Shown here piece after piece: positions 11,852-25,212 of a DNA stretch of 64,000 nucleotides. How positions within the stretch are numbered: position 1 is the stretch's first letter; every line of letters begins with the position of its first letter. The stretch lies in assembly GCA_010015585.1 (NCBI GenBank), contig ML975162.1, one strand, 5' to 3'. A model generated the notes under the pieces. That model was not told the DNA's origin. It worked only from the letters and a program-made list of their open reading frames with translations, and ran no database searches. A program made the translations under genes and the position numbers. The stretch comes from Eremomyces bilateralis CBS 781.70. Taxonomy: Eukaryota.

Positions 11852-12783
11852 TGTGCTTGGTTCTTGAGCGCTCTCTTCCTTCAACCCGACTCGATATTGT
11901 CGACCACCTGTCATATGGACAATCGCGAACCTATTTATTCGGCAAAAATTGCCAGGTTTTCCCCCAAGATGGTTCTTGACTCTTGAAAGAGTCATCGGAT
12001 CGAGCTACAGTGCGATGAATCATGAACATAAAGGTGTCTTCTTTTGGTTACCACAGCACTGCCCCTCTTGGGTGGAGCGTTCGTACGTCCCCAGCCACCG
12101 TCGTCATATTGGATACGAGCCTTGTCCCCAACACAGGATGTTCTTTCTATCAGCCCTTGAGCACGTTTTAATGTTCCTTTTGATCAAGCCAGAGGATCAG
12201 AATTAGGCTCCTGGTGGACTCATTCACCAGATGAAGAGGAAAGGGCTCGGTAGACAGGAGTTAGGGCAAGTCTTTGATATGGAATGATTGTGGAAGGGTC
12301 TTGATCTATGTCGAGACAGTTGTGTTCTGATCAAGGTCTGACAGGTGTCCACCGTGATTGTTGTAATAACCGACGAGACGACGACCCCGCGATGCACTCC
12401 AGGTTTTCCCCCACGGCAACATACTTTCCGCCTGTAAGGGGCTGGAAAATAGCGCGGCTCTATTCTCCATATGCTCGGTTTTTCTATCTATCTGTTACGT
12501 CGACCGCATGTTGCACAAGTTCAAAGAGGCGTTCTCACATGATGGTCAAGAAAAACCATCTTTACAAGAACATCATTTCCTTCACTTGCTACTACAGTTC
12601 ATTTGCTTTACGCTCCAATCCAAGCCTCCGGATCGATTAGCTACGAGCCCTTTTATTCTCTCTTACATGGTTCATATATGGATTGTCGTGGTGTGAATTG
12701 CTTCAATATCTGAGGGAACATTCAAGTTGTTCCGCAGGATGTTCGAACGACATCCAATGATAGTCAATATCCCACTAACAAGA

Positions 12784-12789
12784 CCTCGG
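12784..12789. promoter_or_regulatory. Possible FarA/Ctf1-type site CCTCGG upstream of the cutinase
   Basis: CCTCGG about 710 bp upstream of the cutinase ATG. It is only a 6-mer and could occur by chance. Confidence 0.3.
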
Positions 12790-13498
12790 ATTCGGCAATT
12801 CTTTATGCTTCGACCCTAGTTTGCAAGCCTGCAAGGCCGATGGAAGGGGGTTTGGAACACTCCGCAATATATTTCCGGCACTACCGGCTACATCCATACC
12901 AGTCGAAGATCCCTGGACCGCATCGCTATCCGCCTACAAGCCTAGAGAGATTAATCTAAACACATTTTCACTCTATTTAGGGTTGTATTGCCGACATTAA
13001 TGGCGTCTATCTTCCCTCCCAATAACAAAGGTACATCAAATATGCACTACTTCGTCCGTTTCTATTAGCAGGTAGTCATCCTCCCAAGACCTTAGGCTGA
13101 TATAGGTCATACATGCGCTGGTTACTTTCTTGTTTATGTTTTCTTGTCGTCGTCTTGTCGTGCTCTTGGCATCTATATGGGCTGTTCAGTCACAATAGAT
13201 ACTCGTCAGCTCATGTGTATGGAGAGCGAATAGGAAGGATTCCAATACTATGAACTCGCCATCCGAACATGGATGGGCGCTAGGGAAGTATGCAAGGCAC
13301 AGCTTTGAAGGCCACTAAGAGATGCCATTTTACGGACACTGAGATCCGGCTTGGTATGATTTCTGCAGCCGTGTATAAGAGCAGGTGGCGTCGCCATGAG
13401 ACAAAAGGAGGGGTTGTAGTGATTCGTGTTTCTGAGAAGCTGGCCAGTTCTCCTTTCGTTAGACGCTTTTCTAAACTTCTATCATTCTTTTCCCCACT

Positions 13499-14346
13499 AT
13501 GAAGTCGCTTCTTTCCATTGTAGCACTCGCCGCTACGGCCGCCGCCGCACCCACCGGTGACCTTGAAACCCGTCAAATAGGCAGATGTAGTATGACCTGC
13601 AACGAGCTCGAGAGGGGAAGCTGCGCGGAGGTCATCTTCATCATGGCCCGGGCATCAACCGAGCCAGGTAACATGTATGAGTTGTTATAGAAGGCACCAT
13701 ATCTCATTACTGATGCATCCAGGGGAATGTCCGTCGGCCCGGCGGTGTGTTCTGACCTGAAGCGGGCGCACAATACCATTTGTCAAGGTGTCGGTGGTGC
13801 TTACACGGCTGGCCTGGCGGACAACTTTGGGAGACTGAACACGTCCCCAGCCGCCATCCAGGAGGCGACGAAGATCTTCAACCAGGCGGTCCAAAAATGC
13901 CCCCAGTCCGTTATTGTTGCGGGAGGCTACAGGTAAATGCTCAGTAATTGACAGTCTCTTCAAAGCGCTGACCGCACCCGATGTACAGCCAGGGTACCGC
14001 TGTGATGCACAACACCATCTCTGGGCTGCCTCCCAACATCCAAGAGAAGATCGCGGGCGTCGTCCTCTTCGGCGACACTCGCAACGAGCAGGACAACGGA
14101 CAGATCCCCAACTTCCCGCGCGAAAAGGTCAAGATCTTCTGCAACACGGGCGACCTGGTCTGCTCCGGCTCCCTGACCATCACTATGTCCCACTTCATGT
14201 ACAGCGGCGATGTCCCCGACGCGGTGAGGTTCCTTTCGCAGCAGATCGGTGGAGGGGGTGGTGGCTCTTCCGGTGGCAGCGGACTCGGTGGTCTGCTTGG
14301 AGGCGGCAGTTCCGGCGGATTTGGTGGTTTGTTCGGTGGAAGTTAG
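13499..14346 (+). CDS. Secreted cutinase (CE5) with Gly/Ser-rich C-terminal tail
   Basis: Signal peptide [18 protein letters not shown]. Introns 13675..13722 and 13933..13988. Motifs [25 protein letters not shown] (catalytic Ser), [15 protein letters not shown] (Asp) and SHFMY (His). Confidence 0.95.
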
Positions 14347-14841
14347 TGAACACGGCTATTTCGATGTAGTCCGAAGACTTCATTGATGGACAGACGCAGG
14401 TTTACCGTTTACAGAGGGGTCTCTTTTCCATCCAACTAAATACACTCGTTTAAATTTAAGGTTGGACTGCCCTCCTTAGACCCTTGCTGCTGTGAATGTA
14501 TCCAATGCAATTCCACAAGCCAGTCCAGCCAGATCCATTACACTACGTTAGTTCTTTTAGAGCTGTCTATTCCCGCCTCCGGCCTTCCCACTGTTTCTCA
14601 CAACAGTGGAGTATCCGTACGGGGGAATGTCATTCAGATAACGCGCGAATACGGAAAACTAAGCCTAATCTAGCAGCTCTATCCGAGTTGTGCCCCGCGT
14701 CCCATGCATTTAGTCGGGTTGTAGGACTGTTGTTGACTCATAGGACAGACAAAGTCTCATGAGTCAAAGTTCTGCAAATCTCGACTTCCTAAACATTTAA
14801 ATCGAGGAACATATTAAGGCGACTGAGGCCTCACCACGAAA

Positions 14842-15772
14842 ATGGCGCAACCAGAATATGCTCAGACACCAAGGAACTCTGTGAATCGCAAAAAGCAAAT
14901 TGGTATCCCATCTACATAAACCCTGTCCCCACGCCGAAGCTAACGGACCAATAGCACACTATGATTACCAAACAATCCATTCCATCATCGACACCGTCCC
15001 AGTGCTTCATGTCTCATTCATGCCGAAGGATGAGCAAGATGGCTTTCCGACCATCCTCCCAATGTTAGGCTGCACAGGGAATTTCGAAACCCGATATCTC
15101 CCTAACAGCCAGGCTGCCGAACCCGGCACCGACGGTCCTGGAGCCTTTCCTGAGGATGACAACCGCTCTCCCGATGAGCCTGACCCGTCTCAGGGCCCTC
15201 GCACGATATACATTCACGGACACGTATCTGCGCGTCTATTGAAACTGCCAACTAGTGACGACCCTGCCCCAAGCCCTGCGCCAGTGTGCATCGCAGCCAC
15301 GCACATCGACGGCCTTGTGCTGGCGTTGACGCCCTTCCACCACAGCTGCAACTACCGCAGCGTCGTCGTCCACGGCCTTGCGACCCTCGTGATAGACCAG
15401 GACGAGAAAGACTACGCCATGCACCTGATCACCGACAACGTGCTGGCGATGCGGTGGGCGAACTCGCGAACTCCGCCGACGAAGGCGGAGTTGCAGAGCA
15501 CGTCGCTCTTGCGGATTGATATCGTCAACGCCAGCGCTAAGATCCGCATTGGGGGACCGAGTGATGACCGGCATGATTTGAAGGACGAGGAGGTCACCGG
15601 TGGGGTTTGGGCGGGGACGGTGCCGATGTATTTGCAGTATGGGGAGCCGATCGAGAGTAGCTATAATCAGGTCAAAACGGTGCCGCGATATCTCGAGGAG
15701 TGGAGGAGGAAGGAGAATACGGAAGCGAAGGAGAATGCTGAGCAGGCTGTGAGGGAGGTGAAGAAGAAATGA
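14842..15772 (+). CDS. Pyridoxamine-5'-phosphate-oxidase-like / NimA-like flavin-nucleotide-binding protein
   Basis: ATG at 14842, intron 14903..14954. Motifs AHYDYQTIHSIID..VLHVSF, PTILPMLG, YIHGHVSARL, DGLVLALTPFHHSCNYRSVVVHG, SAKIRIGGPSDD, VWAGTVP. Confidence 0.88.
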
Positions 15773-15987
15773 GTTTCGAACGCTCAACTTACCATGTATT
15801 CATGTGTCGGTTAAGATGGCTTAAGTCGCGACGACTAGACCTCTTCCCCATGTGGGCGTCGTCATTGCATAGATGCTCTCCTAGATACTATCATGCCAAC
15901 TAGTGTAGACTTTCGTTCCTTGATCTTCGCCATTGTGGCCAACTGGTGAAAGAAGAGCTCAAACTCGCTTTTTAGACTAGGTCGTCT

Positions 15988-17835
15988 TCATCCGTGAGAG
16001 CTACTTTGATCAGCCATATGCGACATGTTCTGATCATCCACGTTGTGAGAGTTCATGTGTAGCCCCGAAACCATGACATTCTGTGACATTGCAGCGGCGT
16101 CATCGTGGTTGGTTGGTATCTGGTGTTGATCGTATGGTTCGTCTGGGTCCGCGAAGGTCATGAACGAGGCATTTTGTATGGCTTCTGCGAATGCTGTGTC
16201 ATCGGGAGTAGAATCCATAACTAGCCCTGTGGGATCGGAGAGGTTATGGAGCGCTAGTTGTTGGGACCATGAAAGATGAGCGGTTGATGATTGGTTGAAG
16301 TCCCCAGAGAGGTCGGTTGGCATCCCAGCAAGGCCGTCCATACCAGAGAGGTCGTGACCAAGTGCTGCTTCTTGCTGTTGATGGGTTGTAGCTTGGTCGA
16401 AGGTATCGAATGTCGAGTCCATTTCCGCAATTAATCTTGGGTCCAATGGAACTTCATAGTGTACGATCTCCGGCATAGGAGAGAAACTGATCTCCTCGTC
16501 ATTCGGAAAGGATATTTGACTGTGAGACAGTGGATCATGCGTGTCATGCATGTCTGTTTGAGCGTCCCGCATAGCGAATGACTCTTGAGTTGCCGGGATA
16601 AACCCGTTGGATTCAGTCGGGATCGGCTCTGGCTGGGTAGGAGTCTCCGAAACTCTCTCCTCGAGATCTCGCGGTACCGGGGACGGATCGTCTTTCCGAC
16701 TCGGAATAGGCTCTCCTTTAGATGCAGCTTTGGCAGCAGAATCCTTGCATTCCGGACAATTCTTGATAACAAGACTGACAGTCTCTTTGATCCGAACCCA
16801 ATGATATTTGTCTGCAATCGAAGCTGTCGACTTGTTAATGCCACCATGGTGCATCAGATGAATCTGTCGAGCGACTTCATATTGACGCAGAGGATCAGAT
16901 ATGACTTCCTTGTCTTTCAACATCAACTTCTCGGGCTCATTGTCGATGGCAGGTATCAGCTTGTAGTGTGTGGCAGCACTACGAAGCCGACTCTTCTCTG
17001 CACGATCGGCTCCGTTAGGATATTTCCCATGCCTAAGGTAGAACTTGATCTTGTCGAATCTCTCCTCGGTGACAAACTCGTCTCCTTCTAGCCCTAGATC
17101 CCGACCGTAGATGATTGCATCCACCAACTGGTCGGGAGACGATTTGAGGTTTCCACAACCTTTCACTCGGCCGATACGCTTGAAGCCTAAGGCATCCCAA
17201 ATTTTACAGGACGCTACATTGGTCTCATAGACAAGATTGAAGACCGAGTAGGTGTAGCCCTAATGACGTTAGAAAATGTTGCTCTCAGAGCAATGCGAGA
17301 TACTTACTAGCTTTGGAGCCCATTCCAAATACGCTTCTCCCATGAGTCTTCCAACGCCTCGATTTCGCGAGGCATCCGTCACAAGGAAACCGCCAGTACA
17401 GACATGACTCGACCTTCCAGGGTAATTGGGCTTGATGTAGAAACTCCCAAGACACTCCTTATGCCAGTCGCAGCCCTTATGAGCCATCCGTCGCAAATCA
17501 GCGGCGTTGTCAACGTCACCTAGCAGCATTACGGCTCCGAAGTTCGCAAACCAGTAAGGTCCAAAGGTCTCTAGTGTCATCGGATCAATCATAGGATACG
17601 TGTCGCCTTTTTCGATTTCCTTGTTCAACTCCTCGCACAGGTAAGCAAGGAGTGAGACTGGCACTTCGCTTGACGATGAAAATGGCACGATGCTAGCAAC
17701 GGTGATTCTGTCTCGCAGTGTGACTTGGCGAGAGACAATATCAATTGGAAAGGGGCTTCCAGCCGTGGGAAAAGGAGGCTCCCCCGACCTGCGGTATATG
17801 ACCGGTGCGGTCGGGTCATCAGGCACAGCCGGCAT
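15988..17835 (-). CDS. SPT10: Spt10-like GNAT histone acetyltransferase with integrase-type H2C2 zinc-binding domain
   Basis: Intron 17260..17307. GNAT part GSFYIKPNYPGRSSHVCTGGFLV..RNRGVGRLMGEAYLEWAPKLGYTYSVFNLVY. H2C2 part HLMHHGGINKST..YHWVRIKETVSLVIKNCPEC. Confidence 0.9.
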
Positions 17836-18677
17836 TGCGGGAGAATCTCGAGAGCAGTAGATCGAGTTGGTTCGCTAAGATACATGTTAATATTTTGTAC
17901 TTCTGTGCTTAAAACTTCATCGACCCGACTTCCGAAACTCAATCAACAGCTTGCCGAGGCGAAATAGCCCAGCAGCCCAGCAGCCTTGTCTGACACCGAA
18001 GCATGAGAGCGTGGCTGGAGGACACGCCAACCTTTCAACGACAAAGTTGAGCAATCAATGTGGACAAGCAAAGACTCTCAAAGCAGCATCAAACATCAGG
18101 AAACATCGACAGAAGGGAACGGAGGAAGAAATAGGGGGTAAATACCTGTAGTGAGTGTGGCTGTATTTCTGATATTGGCGGCCGTATCTCCCAGCACGAA
18201 TCTTGCAACGTGAAACCGCGAAAGCGGAAATCCGCGTTTCGGTTCAGCCACATCATGTGATGCTACACCATGTTATGAAACCACAACCTCACCCACTCCA
18301 TGTACTCTAACCGGACATTGGTCTCGCGTCTGTTTATATGCCGCCTCCCCTCCAAGCCCCGACCTCCAACCTATCCCTCATTTTGAAATCGTCTAGGTCT
18401 CCTTATGCCACCCATTGCTTTGACAAGTCTGAATAATTCGTTATTCCGATAGCCTCGTGCGCTATCGCTTAATCGTCCCGTCGTCCTCGATTCCAGAAGA
18501 TGATCCACACGGTACAGGTAAGTGCCGCCATACGGTACTTCATTAGCGCACGTGTTTGCTGAGAGTCCTATGGCTTTTTATGGTTCCGGTCACCCTGTTC
18601 CCGTTTCTATTGCCCTACTTTCTTTTCCCCAGATCAGTTAAACGAAGGCACTCTCTTCTCCAGTTTTGCAAGCGATG

Positions 18678-20086
18678 ACGATGAATCTTGACATTTCGAC
18701 TGAATGGCTCGTTACCGAAACGAACCCTGTTCGAAGGGTAGTGGGTATGGATTTCGAACGGTGTGTCGCGCTGCATAACCAACTCGTCGACCTTTCATGG
18801 ACAGGAGTACCATTAGAAGCCCGGGGTCGTCAGACTTGGTGGAAGATGCATTTCCAGGAAGCGGAGGTCCTTGCCTTCCACGGACGATACGATAGTTCAG
18901 TCATCGAATTCCTAAAGCGGGTCCGCTTCCATGGCTTTCTGGCCTATTTCCATATGGGAGTCGTCGGGCCGGAAATGCATTGGGATATGTCCTTAGAGAG
19001 CTATGTACCACCGGACGGAGATCCTAACCTGAAGGACCGTTTTGTGGCCCTATACAAACCCTGCGATATAGATACTATCTCACATCCAGGATCGCTTTTG
19101 TATGATAATCGGTTCCTTCGAATGTACTGACATATATACCTTACTAACAGCATATAATTACGACCAGAAGACTCACTTAGCAGTTGTCCAAACGTCTATT
19201 CACGACGAAGAACCATTTGAGCCCGACGTCATATGGATACCATCGGATGTTATCCTTAGCGGTTGGATTGAAATGGTTATCCAAGGCCGGGTTTGTATCT
19301 GGGACCCGAAATCGGCGGAATTAGATCCGTACGCTGATGTACTCGGAAGCTGGGTACGCCATCTTTACAGTCCTATTGCACTCTCCGATACTATTCGAGC
19401 ATTCGATCGTCTCGCCTCCGCCATAGAATCAAGGATGGTGGACTCTACCGGTATTATGCATCGCGAGCCAGCCGAACCCGGTATATTTAACACCGAATTA
19501 TTACCAGAAACGACGATATCCGAGTTCGTCCGTAGTTTTCTACTCCAAGCTCAGAAACTGAAAGCCAAATATCTCGCTCCAGGATTGCAACTATGCACTC
19601 CCTCTGAATACGAAAACCAACCGTTCGGATCTGATCGGGACGACCCCGACTACTCTAGTTTCCAGCCCTTCCTGCACCTTTTACTGACGACCCAAGCTGC
19701 GTTCCGTTCTCTAGTTTCTACTGGCCGTATGAGAACACAAGCCACCGCGCGGGCCTATACTAAGGACCAGATCCACTATGGCTGGAGCATGCTGAACTGG
19801 TTTTACCGTATAAGATTGGGCTAAACAGCCGACGAGTCGTGCTTTCGTCGCCAAAATAACCGACCAGTAGCCTATCATAATATGCTATGTATATGACATT
19901 AGTTATAATCATTTCGTCAACGCACGTAGAACCCGCATTCCATTGATTTTCGAGAACTGGGCGGGTATGATTGAAAGAGGGGATTGGCTAGTAGACGAGC
20001 ATGGTGTCGTTGGTGACATTGAAAAGTATCGCGATGCGGACACAAAAGAGCACTGGCCGCAGTACATGGTCCCAGTGACCTGGTGA
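18678..20086 (+). pseudogene. Decayed member of a fungal conserved-hypothetical protein family
   Basis: Starts MDFERCVALHN. Splicing intron 19100..19150 gives TTC ATA TAA (stop/frameshift). A further frameshift near 19680 leads to AGLY*..LVLPYKIG with an in-frame TAA. The C-terminus WAGMIERGDWLVDEHGVVGDIEKYRDADTKEHWPQYMVPVTW* looks intact. Confidence 0.65.
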
Positions 20087-21005
20087 GACGGGGTATCTTT
20101 TCGAACCTCATATCTTCCTAGTGTATACATCCGCTAAGGCAGTGCTATCACTATTTCGTACCTTTCTCTCAATTCATCTGTCAAGCAGGCCTTAAGCCAA
20201 ACCTCCTCTACGTCGTCCAGCAGTCTCTAGAATACCAGTTCTCTGCGGCACAATAATCGCTGGCCGACCCACAATATCCATGGTTCGAGCAGCAGGGCCC
20301 GAACTGCGTTCCAGGGCAGATTTTATTCCCTGCAAAGAGAAGTCCGCATTCTCCGGTCATGCTGAGCCCACCGTCTTCTGTATCACACTCGCCAGAGTAG
20401 CGATCTAGATACAGTGAACTCGTTTTGAGTTATCCGCTCACACAACGAATGAAACACTTTTACCTACCAAAGACCATTGATCGCGCGGCTTTGAGGGGGA
20501 ATCCGGGCATTGTTCGGCATCTTTATCCACTGAATACCTCTGGTACACCAGACGTCTGAAGCTCAATAAGGGAATCAGGCTGAAGAAGCATAGGAAGTCG
20601 CGAGGAAAGGGACTAAATGAACCCGCTGCATTTGCTTCACAGACACGGACCGTATTGCGGCAATAGGTATTACCCAGCGGAACTGCCGACTGCAACGCAA
20701 TGAAAACAGCAGCTGAACCACTTCCATATAATGTATCCGATTGGCAACATCTCGTCACGAGGTTCTCGGTCAATATCTTGAAGACTTGGCTCAAGCACAC
20801 TGGAAGGGAGAAAGAAGACCCCTAGGGAGTATGTAGTTTAACCATAAGGCTATCATCAAGACAATCTTGCGGTTGGCAACCCAGTTCTACCTCCCTCCAG
20901 CAAACCGGTACCCCATGCGTCCAAGAATCGTCAAATCGTACATATCGTAACAACGTAACAACCTCGCATCGTAACCGATCTAGTGGCCTCAGACTATCCA
21001 CTCCG

Positions 21006-22702
21006 TCACTTCTGTCCCGACGACACCACCTCTCCCAACACATCAATCTCCCTCACCTCATCCAGCTTACTCGTCCCACCCTCCACCACTTCTGTCCCAC
21101 CCATCACCTCCACCGCCATCCACCCTCGAATTCCACCCCCATCCCTCGCCAAAATCCTCCAATCCCCTCTCTTCTCCCCCACCCCGACCTCCCCCTGCAC
21201 CTCCCCATCCGCTAAACCCCTCGCATTCGGCGGCCCCACTTCCATCCCAATGTCCCGCAGAAACTCCACGATTGCCCGCTGGTTCAGCCGCAGTAGCCGC
21301 GTAGGCTCACCGCCGCCGCCGTTGAACATCCGCCGCGTGGCGCGCGGGAACAGGATCGCGAAGTCCGATTGGTAGAGGTGCGCAGAGTTAGCCGGGTAGA
21401 AGAGGCGCGGGCCGGCAACGTCGATCGGGGTGGGGGTGAAGGCGTGCGGGTTGCGGAGCGAGGTTTCCGTAGCCGGGGTAGGGCAGAGGGCACGTTTCAG
21501 CCGATCGAGGTTGGCGGGCCACTCTGCGAAGGCGGCTGAGAGGAGCGCGAGGGTGGTGGAGCCGGCGGAGGAGGAGGGGGTGGCGTAGCAGGGGAGGGGC
21601 ATCTGGCTGAGGCGGAAGGTGTAGGGGGAGTCGAGGGGCATGGCCCACATGTCGAGGAGGACGAGGGGGGAGGAGGGGGTGATTTGGCGGGCGATGGAGG
21701 AGGTGGCGGAGGGGGTGAAGAGAGGGGTGTATGGCGGGTGGAGTGAGGTGGAGTTGCCATCAGGGTCGTCGGCAGGGATGCGCCAGTAGGTGGACTTGAC
21801 CAGTTGGACGACCGAGGCAGAACCGAAGCTGTGACCGGCCCAGATGATGGAACCGGGCTCGTCGACACTAAGCCGGTGTACGAAGATAGAGAGTACCTCG
21901 TTGGTGTCGGTTTTGCGAAACCGGGTGCTGTTAGGGTCGAGGTTGCGAACTGAAACGCCTGCGTTGATTTTGAGCAGCGCACTATGAATCAGGCCCAGCT
22001 CCCAGAGCCGGATGCGCATTTGTCTGTCACGGCCTCGGTAGACAATGTCGATAGCCGTGTGCGGAATGCGGTTGTAGGTGAGGACTTTAGGGGGATGTTC
22101 GTCCGTAGCTCGAATATAGGTGATGGCCGCGCTTCGGTCCCGGTGATCTGGCGCAATGACAACCACACCGTAGCTAGCTACCGCGCCCAATATCCACGAA
22201 TATGTGTTTCTACAGCCTGCAAGGCCGTGTGAGAAGATCATCACCGGCCACTTTCCAGATGACGTCTGTGGAGGTAGAAGCATGGCATTTCGACGGACTG
22301 GTATCGCGATATAATACAGAACATGCGATAGAAACCTCCTGCATCGCTGTTAGTGTTGGACGCCTGGGTCGGGACCTGCAACACCGGGAAGCCTTACGCA
22401 AGGTGGTCGGACACGGCAAAATTGATCCCTAGATATCGAGCGTATGCTCTCATGTATGCACGCTGGGGATCCGGTATCCATCGCACCGACTTCGTCGATG
22501 ACGCCGGTTCGCACGGGTAGAAGATTCGAAAGACAACGGTATGAATGTCAGCATCCTCAGGTTTCGGGCTCGGGCTGTGTAAGTCTGCAATAGGGATTTC
22601 TACATCACAGCTCCCAACGGCGTAGGGACCACTGTGAGAGGGAAAGGATCCGATGGGAGCCACTTTGGATAGGAGCCATCTCAGAGGCGTTGCGAGCGTC
22701 AT
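21006..22702 (-). CDS. Platelet-activating factor acetylhydrolase (PAF-AH II-like phospholipase A2)
   Basis: Intron 22339..22397. Motifs GPYAVGSCDVEIP, FRIFYPC, WPVMIFSHGLAGCRNTYS, APDHRDRSA, GHSFG nucleophile elbow, LLDMW and SAHLYQSDF. Confidence 0.92.
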
Positions 22703-22938
22703 GAGCTCGAGGACCGTTCGACCTCAAAGGATGGAAATGGTGAAGGTAACATTAGCGATAACTGAGGATGATAGGACGCGCCCAGGGAGAATGGTAGGAT
22801 GCGGAAGATGAGCAAGGAGGTATCTGCAGTAGAACTAGAGTTGAAATGACGGCGAAGATTTTCAGGACTTGATACATGCTAGGCCACAATGTAAGTAACA
22901 TTCTGCCAATCGGGAGGAAGAAGCAGCAAGGAGACCAC

Positions 22939-22969
22939 ACGACAAGAACGACAAGAACGACAAGAACGA
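22939..22969. repeat. 9-bp tandem repeat (ACGACAAGA) x3 plus a partial unit
   Basis: Read directly, upstream of the PAF-AH gene. Confidence 0.8.
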
Positions 22970-23762
22970 GGATCGGAGACAGCTGTACGTATGGATAGGT
23001 ATGTCGTGGGAAGTATCAGCGCAGAAGATTTGCGATGGGAACTGCGATACGATATCGAGTAGTCGACGTCCTCCTTCGGCCTTGCCAAAAAATAACTGGT
23101 AGGTACCTGTATCAAAGTACAACAGTACCTGTGCCACATAATCCCGACTATTTCATTCTGTTTCATTGCGTAAGTATCCCCATTGGCAGTTCATTGTATA
23201 TCAGTCTTCAACGTCTCCTCGATGATGCAGCCATGGTGGTGGCAGTCTCCCACTTCGGGGGGACAGTGTTCCTAGGAAGCAGCTATGGTGCAATTCTGTT
23301 CATGTGTCGACTGCAGCAATGGTAGCCCAGCTTTGATATTATTATTACATCCTGTCAAGATCTAATACGGACTTATCCAATGCCTCTGCGTGTATAAAAA
23401 GGGAGGAAGACATGAAGACGGGAGTTGTGGGGTGGAAAGGGGGGCAGGAGCGACCCCCCGGCCCGGCACGGCTCTTTCCTTCCGCTGATCCCTGTCAAAA
23501 TCCAATGTCATCGTCTCTGATATCAGAATTCAGACCTCGTGCTGTACATCTCACCTTATTATGTGCCTTAGATCAGTCTCCAACCTCTCTGTTCCTTTCA
23601 TATCAGGTTCATGTTAAATTTCTGCGTGGCCTAGCCTTCCCTCCGCTTCTGTATATACCCTTGCTTCCATCCACGTACATGTAGACCCCCCCTATCCTTG
23701 TGAGCATCCGTCATCACCACCCCCGGAGCGACACCCCGAACCCGGAACCGCCATAGCCCAGC

Positions 23763-25212
<1,450 letters not shown>

